Below, piece by piece: positions 46,265-55,479 of a DNA stretch of 64,000 nucleotides; the stretch's first letter is position 1; the number at the start of each line of letters is the position of its first letter. The position numbers and the translations under genes are program-made. This DNA is from a virus. The notes beneath the pieces are model-generated. The model did no database searches, had not been told where the DNA came from, and saw only the letters and a list, made by a program, of their open reading frames with translations. The stretch is taken from the IMG/VR virus record IMGVR_UViG_3300047321_000445, positions 1-64,000 of that record, one strand, 5' to 3'.

Positions 46265-47395
46265 ATGGATTGGCAGACGCACGCACGGCGCCTCGCGGCC
46301 GATGTGGTCCGGCCCGAATCACGCTGGTACGAACCGCTCGCCAGCACGCCCCGGCATGTGTTCGTGCCGCGCTGGTGGGCGAACCGCGACGGAAGTTGGG
46401 AGCTGCGCGACGGTAGCGCCGACCCCGGCGCGTGGATGCGGGCCGCCTACGCGGACCGGACACTCGTGACCCGCATCGGCCCCGTGCACGCCGACCACGC
46501 CGAACCCGGCGCCACGGTCACGGAGGGGAAACCCACGTCCTCATCCACGCTGCCGGGCCTGGTGGTCACCATGTACCGGCACGCGGCCATAGCCGACGAC
46601 TCCCGGGTCCTGGTGACGACCGGCACCGGCTACGGCACGGCACTGCTGTGCCGACGACTGGGCGATGAGCGGGTGACGAGTGTGGACGTCGACCCGCATC
46701 TGGTGAAGGTCGCAGCGGAACGCCTCGATTCCATCGGGGTGCACCCGTACACAGCTGTCGTCGACATCACCCGGCACGATCTGGGGCGGCACGACCGGAT
46801 CGTGTCCACCGTGTCCGTACGAGCCGTGCCGGCCTCGTGGCTGGCCGCTCTGCGGCCCGGTGGGCGGCTCGTGACGACCATCGCGGGAACCGGGTTGATC
46901 CTCATTGCGGACAAGACCGAGGACGGCGGGGCTGTGGGCCGCATCGCCCCCGACGCGGCGGGGTTCATGCGCACTCGCCACGGCGACGACTATGACGACG
47001 CGACAGCGGAGGTGTGGAGGAAGGCGCAGTGGATCGACGGTGAGGAAGTGAGCACCAGCCGGTATCCGCTGTTGTACGTGCCGGACTCGTGGGAGGTGAT
47101 GTCGATGCTGGAGCTGAAGGTCCCGGGCATCGACCACCGGATCGTGCAGAACGGCAGCGAGCGGACGGTGTGGATGCTGCACGCCGACGGCTCCTGGGCC
47201 CGAGCGTACGCAGCGGAGTCCCTCGACTCGCCGACGGTGTATCAGGGCGGTCCCCGCCGCCTGTGGGACGAACTGGAGCGTGTCCGGAACCGGCTCAACC
47301 GTGAGGGCGGGCTCCCCTTGTACGGTGCCCGGGTCACCATCACCCCGGATGGCGTGACCACGCTGTCGCGAGGTTCCTGGTCCCTCACCCTGTAG
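46265..47395 (+). CDS. protein-L-isoaspartate O-methyltransferase (PIMT)-like RiPP methyltransferase
   Basis: PRHVFVP, TSSSTLP, GTGYG, VTSVDVD, DRIVST, LRPGGRLV, QGGPRRLWD. Confidence 0.85.
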   Translation: MDWQTHARRLAADVVRPESRWYEPLASTPRHVFVPRWWANRDGSWELRDGSADPGAWMRAAYADRTLVTRIGPVHADHAEPGATVTEGKPTSSSTLPGLVVTMYRHAAIADDSRVLVTTGTGYGTALLCRRLGDERVTSVDVDPHLVKVAAERLDSIGVHPYTAVVDITRHDLGRHDRIVSTVSVRAVPASWLAALRPGGRLVTTIAGTGLILIADKTEDGGAVGRIAPDAAGFMRTRHGDDYDDATAEVWRKAQWIDGEEVSTSRYPLLYVPDSWEVMSMLELKVPGIDHRIVQNGSERTVWMLHADGSWARAYAAESLDSPTVYQGGPRRLWDELERVRNRLNREGGLPLYGARVTITPDGVTTLSRGSWSLTL

Positions 47396-47563
47396 GGCCC
47401 CTCGACGGCCCCGTCTGTCCGCTCCCCCCCGTGGCGGATGGGCGGGGCCTTTCCGTGCGCTGGGACGGCTGCGGGTGGGCTAGTGTCGTCGGGCTGCGAC
47501 ACCTCCACAGTTTTCCCACGGTCCCGATTGACATGCACGTTGGGTGGGGTGTACGGTCATGGC

Positions 47564-48406
47564 ATGAAGACGCCGCCCGAGACACCACAGCTGCCCGAAA
47601 TCTTCGCCGAACCCTTCGGCCACCTGACCGCGCTCACACCCGGCCTGGACGAAACGGGCCAGCTCGTGGACCGGGTCAAGCGCCTCGGCCCCGCCCTCGA
47701 CGCATGGCCCCAGCTCCAGAAGGCCATCAAGGCCCTGCGCGCCCTCGACGTCCTCGCCGTCCACGAGGCCGGCCGGACCGTCCCCGACCTGGTCAACGAC
47801 CTCGGCATCACACGCGGCCGCGTCTACAGCCTGATCAAGGCCGCCCGCGAGGACCGAGACATCGAGACGAAGGCACAACTGCCCGCCCCGTTCGACACGC
47901 TGCTCGCCCCGCTCCTCGAGGACGCCGGAACGCTGGAGCGCGCGCAGCGGCTCGGACGCATCCTCGCCGACGGCGTCCTCAACGACGGCTCCCGCTACCT
48001 GGCCTGGACCCGCTCGCACGACGTGCTCACGCTGCACCGCAGCCACGGCATCAAGTACGAGACCCTGGCCCCGCTGATCGGCCTGACCAGCGACCGGACC
48101 GCGCACCTCGCCGACATGGCCAAGGGCACCTACAGCCGCAAGCTGCCAGCCGAACGGCGCGAGCGCGACCCCAACGCCCCCCAGCGGAACAAGCCCGGCG
48201 AGAGCGCGCAGGCCGTCGAGGACGCCATGCGCGCACTGGAAAGCCCCTTCAGCATGGCCGAGGTGACCGAGGCGTCCGGCTTCAAGCCGGGCCAGGTGCA
48301 GCGTGTGCTGAAGACGCTCCGGGCCCAAGGCAAGCTGCGCGACGCCGGCCCCCTCCCGAAGGGGGTCGGTGGCCGCAACGTGGCCACGTTCGAGCTGATC
48401 GGCTAG
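47564..48406 (+). CDS. multi-HTH DNA-binding protein, probably leaderless
   Basis: LVNDLGITRGRVYSLI and C-terminal wHTH; TTGACA-N18-TACGGT ends 6 nt before ATG. Confidence 0.7.
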   Translation: MKTPPETPQLPEIFAEPFGHLTALTPGLDETGQLVDRVKRLGPALDAWPQLQKAIKALRALDVLAVHEAGRTVPDLVNDLGITRGRVYSLIKAAREDRDIETKAQLPAPFDTLLAPLLEDAGTLERAQRLGRILADGVLNDGSRYLAWTRSHDVLTLHRSHGIKYETLAPLIGLTSDRTAHLADMAKGTYSRKLPAERRERDPNAPQRNKPGESAQAVEDAMRALESPFSMAEVTEASGFKPGQVQRVLKTLRAQGKLRDAGPLPKGVGGRNVATFELIG

Positions 48407-48470
48407 GACCGGCTGACGGGCGGGCAGTTCACAATGGATGCACCACCCTCGCCGTACCGGGAGACCCGCC

Positions 48471-48632
48471 GTGTCCAACACCCCGATCGACCCGATAACC
48501 GAACTCGCCGCAGGCGCGGCCGCGACGCACGAGCTGTTCACCGCGTACGTCGAAGCCGGGTTCAGCAGGACCGAGGCGTTGCAGCTCACGGTCAGCATCC
48601 TCACCGCTGGCATCGGCGGCTCCGCCCAGTAG
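48471..48632 (+). CDS. small phage-type protein
   Basis: HELFTAYVEAGFSRTEALQL motif. Confidence 0.7.
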   Translation: MSNTPIDPITELAAGAAATHELFTAYVEAGFSRTEALQLTVSILTAGIGGSAQ

Positions 48633-48650
48633 GCGCACGCAGACGCGAGA

Positions 48651-48684
48651 CGGCCCCGCACCCCATGCAGGGGGGTGCGGGGCC
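48651..48684. repeat. 34-bp hairpin direct repeat, copy 1
   Basis: cggccccgcaccccatgcaggggggtgcggggcc. Confidence 0.8.
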
Positions 48685-48792
48685 TTTCCCTTCTCCGTGA
48701 TTACTGGTGACCAGACTTGCAAATACGCTAGGACGTGTGTACTTTCGTGGTGAGGGGGCGGGTCCACCGCCCCCGACGCCGAGGGAGGACAC

Positions 48793-49068
48793 ATGGAGTC
48801 GATTCACATCCCCACCGAGGAGCGCCCTCGCGTGGGCGAGGACGTCACGTACAAGGTCGGCCGCCACACCGTGAGGGCCGTTGTCACCCGCCAGTTCGTG
48901 AACGAGGCGGAAGACGTGGGCGTCGTCGTCTACGGCGACCAGGTGGGGAGCGTCCACCCCGTGGCGCCCGCGCTGCTCAACGTGCAGGCGCCGGACCTCG
49001 ACAAGCTGCACGCCGACGCCCTCGTAGAGGACGAGCTGCGCGCCCTCCTCGACGAGATCGACCACTGA
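48793..49068 (+). CDS. hypothetical protein
   Basis: GGAGGA RBS; own promoter TTGCAA-N17-TACTTT at 48717. Confidence 0.75.
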   Translation: MESIHIPTEERPRVGEDVTYKVGRHTVRAVVTRQFVNEAEDVGVVVYGDQVGSVHPVAPALLNVQAPDLDKLHADALVEDELRALLDEIDH

Positions 49069-49087
49069 CACCGCCAACGAACGACTG

Positions 49088-49121
49088 CGGCCCCGCACCC
49101 CATGCAGGGGGGTGCGGGGCC
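49088..49121. repeat. 34-bp hairpin direct repeat, copy 2
   Basis: identical to 48651..48684. Confidence 0.8.
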
Positions 49122-49135
49122 GTTCCCATTGTCGG

Positions 49136-50377
49136 CTACTCGTCGTCGGCCGCCGCCATGCCGCGCAGCAGGTCCACCACGGCCCGGCAGTCGCCCAACG
49201 CGCGGTGCTCGCCCCCGGCCAAGGGCTGCCATGCGTAGTCCCCGTGGTAGTCGGACCAGTCGCCGACCCATTCCGAGTACGGCAGCATCACGTCCTCCGA
49301 CCGCACCTCGGCGAGCCAGGCCGCGGCGGCCGCTGCCGGGTCCGGGTGGCCGGCCTGCCGGTAGTGGACCGTCAGCTCGTGCCGCAGCCGGCCGACGTCG
49401 AACGGCTCGTTGTAGATCAGGCAGCGGCGACCGTCCAACGCTGCGGTGAGCTGCGGCAGGAGAGTCGTGAACGACGGCGCCCCGGCCACCTTGTCGTCGG
49501 TGATGCCGTGCAGGTCGGACACGTCCGGGGGGATCGGCTCGCCCGGGTTGACGAGCGTGTCCAGCAGCACCTTCCCGCCCGTGCTGTAGACCCCGAGCTC
49601 TACGATCCGCGCCTCGTCGTGCAGGCCGGTGGTCTCGCAGTCCAGCACGGCCACGTCCGGGTCGTCGACCAGGGCCCGCGCCCAGTCCACGAGCTCGGCC
49701 ACACGCCGACGCCGCTCCTCGACCGCGCGCTCCTCGGCCTCCTCGTACTGCCGCTGCCGCTCGGCCCGCTCCAGCTCGTCGCGTACCTTGCACGGCGGAC
49801 ACCACACTGGCGTCCAATACCCGCGCTCGGCCCTCCCCGCGGCGATCTCCTCATCGGTGGCCGTGACCACCTCACAGTCCCGACCCGGGCACGTACGCCG
49901 CCATGCGGCCTCGGCTTCCTGCTCTGCCTGCTGGCGTAGCGCTTTGCGGATGCGGCAGTGCTCGCACGCCCCCCAGCCGTGCACGTCCTTCGCCAACGCC
50001 GAACCGGACTCACGGCGGCACCAATGGCAGGTCCGGGCCCGCCGCTCCTGCGCCTCCTGCTGCGCCCGCCTACGGCAGTCCTCGCAGCGCTGGTACACCA
50101 CATAGCCGCGGACCTCCCGGCACTCGGGGCAGGTACGCCGGGCCGTCATCGCCTGCTGCTGCTTCGCCGACAACGGCCGCATCGCCTCCGCCCCGGCCGG
50201 GTCGTACAGCGGGAACTCGCCCCACCCGTGACCGCGCCGGTACATCCGCAGGAAGCCCACGGGCTGTTGCCCCTCGGCCGGCTTGAGCCGCTGCGCCTTC
50301 AGCTGCGTCGTGGTCCGCAGATGGTCCGGGACGTCGCCGGACTTGTAGACGGGCAGGGCTTCCGATTCCGTGGTCAA
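49136..50377 (-). CDS. DEDDh 3'-5' exonuclease with N-terminal Zn-finger region
   Basis: VLDCETTG, YNEPFD, HRALGDC; multiple CxxC. Confidence 0.88.
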   Translation of the reverse strand: MTTESEALPVYKSGDVPDHLRTTTQLKAQRLKPAEGQQPVGFLRMYRRGHGWGEFPLYDPAGAEAMRPLSAKQQQAMTARRTCPECREVRGYVVYQRCEDCRRRAQQEAQERRARTCHWCRRESGSALAKDVHGWGACEHCRIRKALRQQAEQEAEAAWRRTCPGRDCEVVTATDEEIAAGRAERGYWTPVWCPPCKVRDELERAERQRQYEEAEERAVEERRRRVAELVDWARALVDDPDVAVLDCETTGLHDEARIVELGVYSTGGKVLLDTLVNPGEPIPPDVSDLHGITDDKVAGAPSFTTLLPQLTAALDGRRCLIYNEPFDVGRLRHELTVHYRQAGHPDPAAAAAAWLAEVRSEDVMLPYSEWVGDWSDYHGDYAWQPLAGGEHRALGDCRAVVDLLRGMAAADDE

Positions 50378-50483
50378 CGGGCACCTCCGAGCAGACTGAG
50401 GGGGGTCAGGGACCAAGCACAGCGCACGCCACTGACAACGCGCGGCAGGTCCCGCCCGGCTCGGGCGGGACCTGCCGGGATGC

Positions 50484-50861
50484 TCAGGGCTGCACGTGCA
50501 AGCCCGGTCCCATCGCCGAGAGCCGCACCCATCCCCGGGCCTTCTCCTCGTAGATGTCGACCAGGCCCGCGAACGCAGGCTTCGTGCGCCGCAGCTCGGC
50601 AGCCCATCCGGCCGTCAGCTCCCGGCCGTCGACCAGGACCTGCCCGTCCAGGCCGATCGCCGTGGAGAGGACCCCGCCACCCTTCGGCAGCTTGTGATAG
50701 CTGACGTCGTTGCCGTCCTCCATCAGCCCGGCGCGCACGGCCTCATCCCACGCCGGCTTCAGCCGCTCCAGCTCACTGACCGGGCCGAAGCTGTCCGGCG
50801 CCTCCGACCGCTTGCGCTTGTCGCGTCGCTGCTGCTTGGCGCGCTTCGCGTCACGTCCCAT
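50484..50861 (-). CDS. hypothetical protein
   Basis: AAGGAG RBS. Confidence 0.7.
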   Translation of the reverse strand: MGRDAKRAKQQRRDKRKRSEAPDSFGPVSELERLKPAWDEAVRAGLMEDGNDVSYHKLPKGGGVLSTAIGLDGQVLVDGRELTAGWAAELRRTKPAFAGLVDIYEEKARGWVRLSAMGPGLHVQP

Positions 50862-50886
50862 CAGAACTCCTTTGTCCGGGGGAAAT

Positions 50887-51852
50887 CTACTGGTTGTTCC
50901 GGGGACGGCAGTCACGACACCGGCCCGGCGCCGCCGCCCGAAACGCCCGCTCGCAGCCGTCACACGTCTGCAACGGCAACACCGGCGCGCGCTCCGTCTT
51001 AGGCACGCACGCGGCGGGAGCAGCAGGCAGGAAGTCCGGATGCAGCCGGTGCAGGTATACCGCCGCGAGTGACCGCGCAGTGCTCGTTTCCGCCGTCAGC
51101 TGCTGCTGCAGCGACGTCTCGGACCACCCGGCAGCGAGCGCATCAGCCGCCAGTCCGACCAGCACAGCCCGCTGCTTGCGGCCCGGTCGACGGCCCGCGT
51201 ACGGCAGTGCGTCCACGAACACCGCAGCGGGCGTTTCGTGCTGTGGCGTAGCGCCGCCCCCTCCGCCTCCTCCCTGGACGTCAGCGGCCGCGGGCTGCGG
51301 CTGCTCACCAGGGGGAAGGGGGGAGGTAGGGATCACTTCGGGATCTATAAGGGATTGAGCGTCAACCTGGGGCGGGGTCGGCGTCACATTGACTCCGGGT
51401 CGGCTCCAATTTGACTCGGGGTAGGCGTCATTCTGATGTATCAGCAGGTCAGAGGGCTCCGGGGCGTCCGGGGTGCCAGCCAGCGAGCCGGCCGGGTCGC
51501 CCTGGCTGTCGTCCTCGAAGGTGATGGCTTCGATCAGGTTGTCCCGGTACTGCCGCGGCTCCTGCCGCATGGTCGCCAGTAGCGGCAGGTTCACCCGGGT
51601 CAGGTTCGAAATCGGCTCGCCCGTCCTCGGGTTCACCCGGCGCACTGACTTGACCAGACCGCGCGTGGCCAGCTTGCGCTTCACCCGCTGCACCGTGCTG
51701 CGGGACGTGCCGCAGTCGGCCGCGAGCCGGGCCTCACTCGGCCAGCAGTAGCCGTGCATGTCGGTGTAGTTCGTCAGCGCGAGCAGCAGCAGCTTTTCAC
51801 TGCCGTCCAAGCCGTCGGCCTCGAACACGAGGCTCATGTGGGCAACGCTCAC
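50887..51852 (-). CDS. phage-type HTH replication initiator-like protein
   Basis: EKLLLLALTNYTD.HGYCWPSEARLAADCGTSRSTVQR; C-terminal CDGC...CRDC. Confidence 0.75.
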   Translation of the reverse strand: MSVAHMSLVFEADGLDGSEKLLLLALTNYTDMHGYCWPSEARLAADCGTSRSTVQRVKRKLATRGLVKSVRRVNPRTGEPISNLTRVNLPLLATMRQEPRQYRDNLIEAITFEDDSQGDPAGSLAGTPDAPEPSDLLIHQNDAYPESNWSRPGVNVTPTPPQVDAQSLIDPEVIPTSPLPPGEQPQPAAADVQGGGGGGGATPQHETPAAVFVDALPYAGRRPGRKQRAVLVGLAADALAAGWSETSLQQQLTAETSTARSLAAVYLHRLHPDFLPAAPAACVPKTERAPVLPLQTCDGCERAFRAAAPGRCRDCRPRNNQ

Positions 51853-52048
51853 CGCGCAGTCCTCACAGCGCAGTTCGCACGCCGGGCGTGCTTGTGTACC
51901 ATCGCTGGTGCCTTTCACGTGCGGCGGGTTGCGCCCCGCCGTGATGGTTCTTCGAGCGGCCACCGGATCCGACCCCGGTGGCCGCTCTTGTTTTTGGCCG
52001 ACGCTCGCAAGCTCCTGACCAGCGCTGATCATGCCGCCCCTTGCATTG

Positions 52049-52069
52049 TTGTGCAAGTGTCTTGTACAA
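52049..52069. repeat. TTGT(A/G)CAA-N5-TTGTACAA site
   Basis: matches the repeats at 52491-52535. Confidence 0.6.
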
Positions 52070-52193
52070 CCTACCCAGAGCGACAACCCCCGAAGTGGAG
52101 AGGAGGTAACCCGTGAATGTCGCCTCCCTCTTGGTAGACGGCTACACACCGCTACCGTTGTCACATTCGGATGGACAACACGGAGGATGCGCA

Positions 52194-52451
52194 GTGGCCG
52201 ACGAGACCGACCCGCTTCTCAACATGGATGAGGTCGCGGCTCTCATCGGCGTGCGTCCCATGACCATGCGCACGTACCACAACCGTGCGAAGAGGGCGCG
52301 AGACGACGGCTACGCCACCGAGGCGCACCTGCCCGAGCCTGACCGCATGTGGGGCCGTACCCCGAGCTGGCGCCGCTCCACGATCGAGCGGTGGCGGTTG
52401 GCGCGCGCCAACCGGCCCAACGTGATTGACGTCCCGCCAGCCGAGGACTGA
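52194..52451 (+). CDS. AlpA/excisionase-like HTH protein
   Basis: LLNMDEVAALIGV..., LPEPD...GRTPSWRRSTIERW. Confidence 0.75.
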   Translation: MADETDPLLNMDEVAALIGVRPMTMRTYHNRAKRARDDGYATEAHLPEPDRMWGRTPSWRRSTIERWRLARANRPNVIDVPPAED

Positions 52452-52490
52452 TCTCCCGAGCAACAGATGACTTGACCTAGGACACCGCAG

Positions 52491-52535
52491 GGTTGTACAA
52501 GTGTATTGAACAGGTTGTACAAGTCTCTTGAACAA
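52491..52535. repeat. two 22-bp tandem repeats (iteron/operator-like)
   Basis: ggttgtacaagtgtattgaaca / ggttgtacaagtctcttgaaca. Confidence 0.7.
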
Positions 52536-52559
52536 CCCTCCCGGAAGGAGCGGTGCGCG

Positions 52560-52790
52560 ATGACCACCAAGCACACGCACCAGGTCGTGTTCGGTCGCCG
52601 GGTCGACGGGTGCCCGCGCTGCGCGGAGCTCGCAGCGGGCGCCGAGCCGGTCCGCTGGAGGGGCTGGACGCGCGAGCGTGAGCTCACCGGTGGCTACCCG
52701 ACCAGCCGTGAGATTGACGCCCACTTCGCCCCGGGTGGACCGCACACCCGAGGCGACTGCGGCCCCGTCTGCACGTTCGGGGACTGGTGA
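52560..52790 (+). CDS. small hypothetical protein
   Basis: AAGGAG RBS; CPRC...CGPVCTFGDW. Confidence 0.7.
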   Translation: MTTKHTHQVVFGRRVDGCPRCAELAAGAEPVRWRGWTRERELTGGYPTSREIDAHFAPGGPHTRGDCGPVCTFGDW

Positions 52791-52852
52791 CCGCAATCGG
52801 CGGCAGTCCGCGCCGAGTTCGGATGGATCAGTTCCGGAAACGTCTTCCCATC

Positions 52853-52888
52853 GTGTCCTAGGACAAGATACGTTCCGTCCTAGGACAT
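52853..52888. promoter_or_regulatory. two GTCCTAGGAC operators upstream of the transfer operon (a further copy at 52472)
   Basis: gtgtcctaggacaa and ccgtcctaggacat, 22 bp apart. Confidence 0.8.
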
Positions 52889-52928
52889 GCGTTCCCCTCT
52901 CGCACGTCTCCTCGAAAGGACCCCTCAC

Positions 52929-54515
52929 GTGACCGCCGCAGTCTCGGCCCGTCTGCTGAGCACCGCCACGGCCGCTCCCGTTCCGGGACCGCCGACCGCC
53001 GTTCCGGGCACGGCGGCTGCCACTTCGGTTCCGTCCCGCTCGGTTCCCGACGCGGTCTCCGTCGTTCCGGACACGGCGCCTGCCGTTCCCGACGCGGCCC
53101 CCGCCGTTCCGGGCGCGGCCTCCGAGCGTTCCGGACGCGCCCTGTCCGCCGTCGCCATCGTCGGCGGTGCCATCCTCGCCGGGATCGGTTTCACCGGCTC
53201 CTACAACGCGTTGAGGGACCTGGCTTTCAAGCACGGCTTGGGCACCTTCTCCTACGCCTTCCCGGTCGGTATCGACGCCGGGATCGTGGTCCTGTACGTG
53301 CTGGACCTGTACCTGATCCGTCGTCGCTCTCCGTGGCCGCTGCTGCGGTCGCTGGCCCACCTGCTGACCGTCGCCACCATCGTCTTCAACGCGGCCTCAG
53401 CTGACGGGCCGGCCAGTGCCGACCCGATCGGCACCGCGATGCACGCGGTCATCCCCGTCATGTTCGTCGCCTCCGTGGAGGCCGCCCGCAGGCTCGTCGT
53501 GCGGGTGTCTGACTTTGAGGACGGCCGTGACAGTCAGGGCATCCCGCTGACCCGCTGGGCGCTCTCCCCGGCCCCCACGTACGCCCTGTGGCGCCGCATG
53601 AAGCTGTGGGACAAGCAGTCCTACCAGGAGGTTGTGGCGCTGGAGCAGGAGCGCACCGTGTACAAGGCCATGCTCCAGCGCCGGTACGGCAGGCGCTGGA
53701 AGAGGCGCGCCCCGAAGGACGAAATGCTGCCCCTGACTATGGCCCGCTACGGCCTGACAGTTGACGAAGCCCTCGCCCTGCCCCGGCAGGCGCTGGAAGC
53801 CGAGCAGCTGCGCAAGGAGCAGAACGAGGCCCTGGAGCTGGAGGCGCAGCAGCGCGCCGAGGAGCGCGCCGCCGCAGCCCGCATCCACAGCATCAACACG
53901 CAAGGTGACGTCGAGGCGGCCACGCACGCGACCGCGGCGAGGGTCGACGCGGCGAAGTCGGCCGCGAACGCGACCCGCACAGAGGCCGAGCTCGCCGCCG
54001 AGACGCAGTCCCGCATCGCCCAGGAGACCGCGCAGGCGGTCGAGTCGGCGGAGGCCGCCGAAGCTCGACGGCGCGCAGCCGAAGCCGAGCGGGCCGCAGC
54101 CGAAGCGCGAGCCGTCGCAGCCGAAACGAACCAGGCCGCTGCCGGAATGGAAGAGGCCGCGTCCGAAGCGCGCGCCCGTGCCGCCGAGAACGCCCGGCGC
54201 GAGGCCGTAGCACGGGCGGAACTTGAGACCGCTGAGCGGACCGCAGCCGAAGCCAGGCAGCGTGCAGCCGAAGCCAGGGAGCGTGCGGCCGGAATCGAAC
54301 TCCGTGCAACCGAAGCGGAGGATGCCGCCCGCCTCACGCCCCGGGAACGGACCGTCCGCAAGGTCGCCCGCATGGCACTGGTCGAGCACGACGGCCGCCT
54401 CACACAGCTCCCGCTCGAAGCCATCACCGAAGCGTTCGGGGTGTCTTCCACGACCGCCTCGGAGTACCGCAAGGAAGCCGGCGCGCTGATCGCCGACGGA
54501 TACCGGATCCACTGA
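52929..54515 (+). CDS. DUF2637 membrane/coiled-coil spread protein (SpdB-like)
   Basis: GF.GSY.AL..LA..HG...FPVGIDAGI; TM helices, WALSP..T..LWRRMKLW, coiled coil, C-terminal HTH. Confidence 0.8.
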   Translation: MTAAVSARLLSTATAAPVPGPPTAVPGTAAATSVPSRSVPDAVSVVPDTAPAVPDAAPAVPGAASERSGRALSAVAIVGGAILAGIGFTGSYNALRDLAFKHGLGTFSYAFPVGIDAGIVVLYVLDLYLIRRRSPWPLLRSLAHLLTVATIVFNAASADGPASADPIGTAMHAVIPVMFVASVEAARRLVVRVSDFEDGRDSQGIPLTRWALSPAPTYALWRRMKLWDKQSYQEVVALEQERTVYKAMLQRRYGRRWKRRAPKDEMLPLTMARYGLTVDEALALPRQALEAEQLRKEQNEALELEAQQRAEERAAAARIHSINTQGDVEAATHATAARVDAAKSAANATRTEAELAAETQSRIAQETAQAVESAEAAEARRRAAEAERAAAEARAVAAETNQAAAGMEEAASEARARAAENARREAVARAELETAERTAAEARQRAAEARERAAGIELRATEAEDAARLTPRERTVRKVARMALVEHDGRLTQLPLEAITEAFGVSSTTASEYRKEAGALIADGYRIH

Positions 54516-54533
54516 CCAGAGAAGGGACCAGCC

Positions 54534-54809
54534 GTGTACGGCTCCCGTCGCTCCACCCTCATTGAGGCCGCGGCTGCCATCGGCCAGCGTGTCGTCGCCG
54601 CCGCCCGCCTGTTCTTCAACCTCGCGACCAGCTTCTCCGACTGGTCCCCGACCGGCTTGTACGCGGCGGCCGCCACCGCCCGCTACATGGCCGCGCACCA
54701 GCTGATCGACCAGGCAGAACGCCAGGTCGACGGCGACCCCGACGTCACCTTGGACCAGGTCCGCCAGCCGCTGTGGTTCGGCGCTACGACGCTTCACGAG
54801 GAGCAGTGA
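54534..54809 (+). CDS. hypothetical protein
   Basis: in-operon ORF with RBS. Confidence 0.6.
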   Translation: MYGSRRSTLIEAAAAIGQRVVAAARLFFNLATSFSDWSPTGLYAAAATARYMAAHQLIDQAERQVDGDPDVTLDQVRQPLWFGATTLHEEQ

Positions 54810-55474
54810 TGACGACTCCCACCGGTTCCGGTGCCCGGACGACCCCGTACGACTGGAAAGACGACGCTGGCTCTGGGTGGGCCGGGAGCGACCCGAACGC
54901 GACGCGGCCGACGCGACAGGCCCCGCCCCGGCCCCGTCCCGAGGCGAACGGCGGGGCCACGGCCGGCCCGCGCGTGTCCAAGGAGCGCAACATCCACGTG
55001 CACATCGGCGAGGGTGGCGACGGCAAGGACGGCGGCAAGGGCGGCGGCAAGGGTGGTAACGGTGCAGGTCAGGCCGCTTCCGGCGCGCCCGGCAACCACC
55101 AGGGCGACGGCATGATCGCGACTATCGAGCGCATCGAGTTCAAGTCGGAGAAAGACATCCTGGCCCTGGCCAAGGCCGTCAACCGGCTGGGCCGCGAGCT
55201 GCACTTCATCCTCGGCATGCGCGCCGAGGAGATCCAGGCCGTCCTGTCCACCTACAAGGGCAAGTGGTACACGTTCGGCGCCTCTTCGAGGGTCAAGGCC
55301 CGCCTGGTCGCCATGCACCTCAAGGTCAGCGCGGAGGCCGCGAAGGCCCTCGGTGTCGGCGCCCTGAAGATGGCGTACGCCTTTGACCGGCACTTCGTGA
55401 AGCCCGAGCAGGAAGCCAAGAAGCGGCGCAACGGCCAGAAGGCCCGCCGCGAGTTCACGATCGGAGAGGAGTAG
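54809..55474 (+). CDS. plasmid transfer protein TraA-like
   Basis: Gly-rich N-terminus; position immediately upstream of traB. Confidence 0.6.
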   Translation: MTTPTGSGARTTPYDWKDDAGSGWAGSDPNATRPTRQAPPRPRPEANGGATAGPRVSKERNIHVHIGEGGDGKDGGKGGGKGGNGAGQAASGAPGNHQGDGMIATIERIEFKSEKDILALAKAVNRLGRELHFILGMRAEEIQAVLSTYKGKWYTFGASSRVKARLVAMHLKVSAEAAKALGVGALKMAYAFDRHFVKPEQEAKKRRNGQKARREFTIGEE

Positions 55475-55479
55475 CGGCC

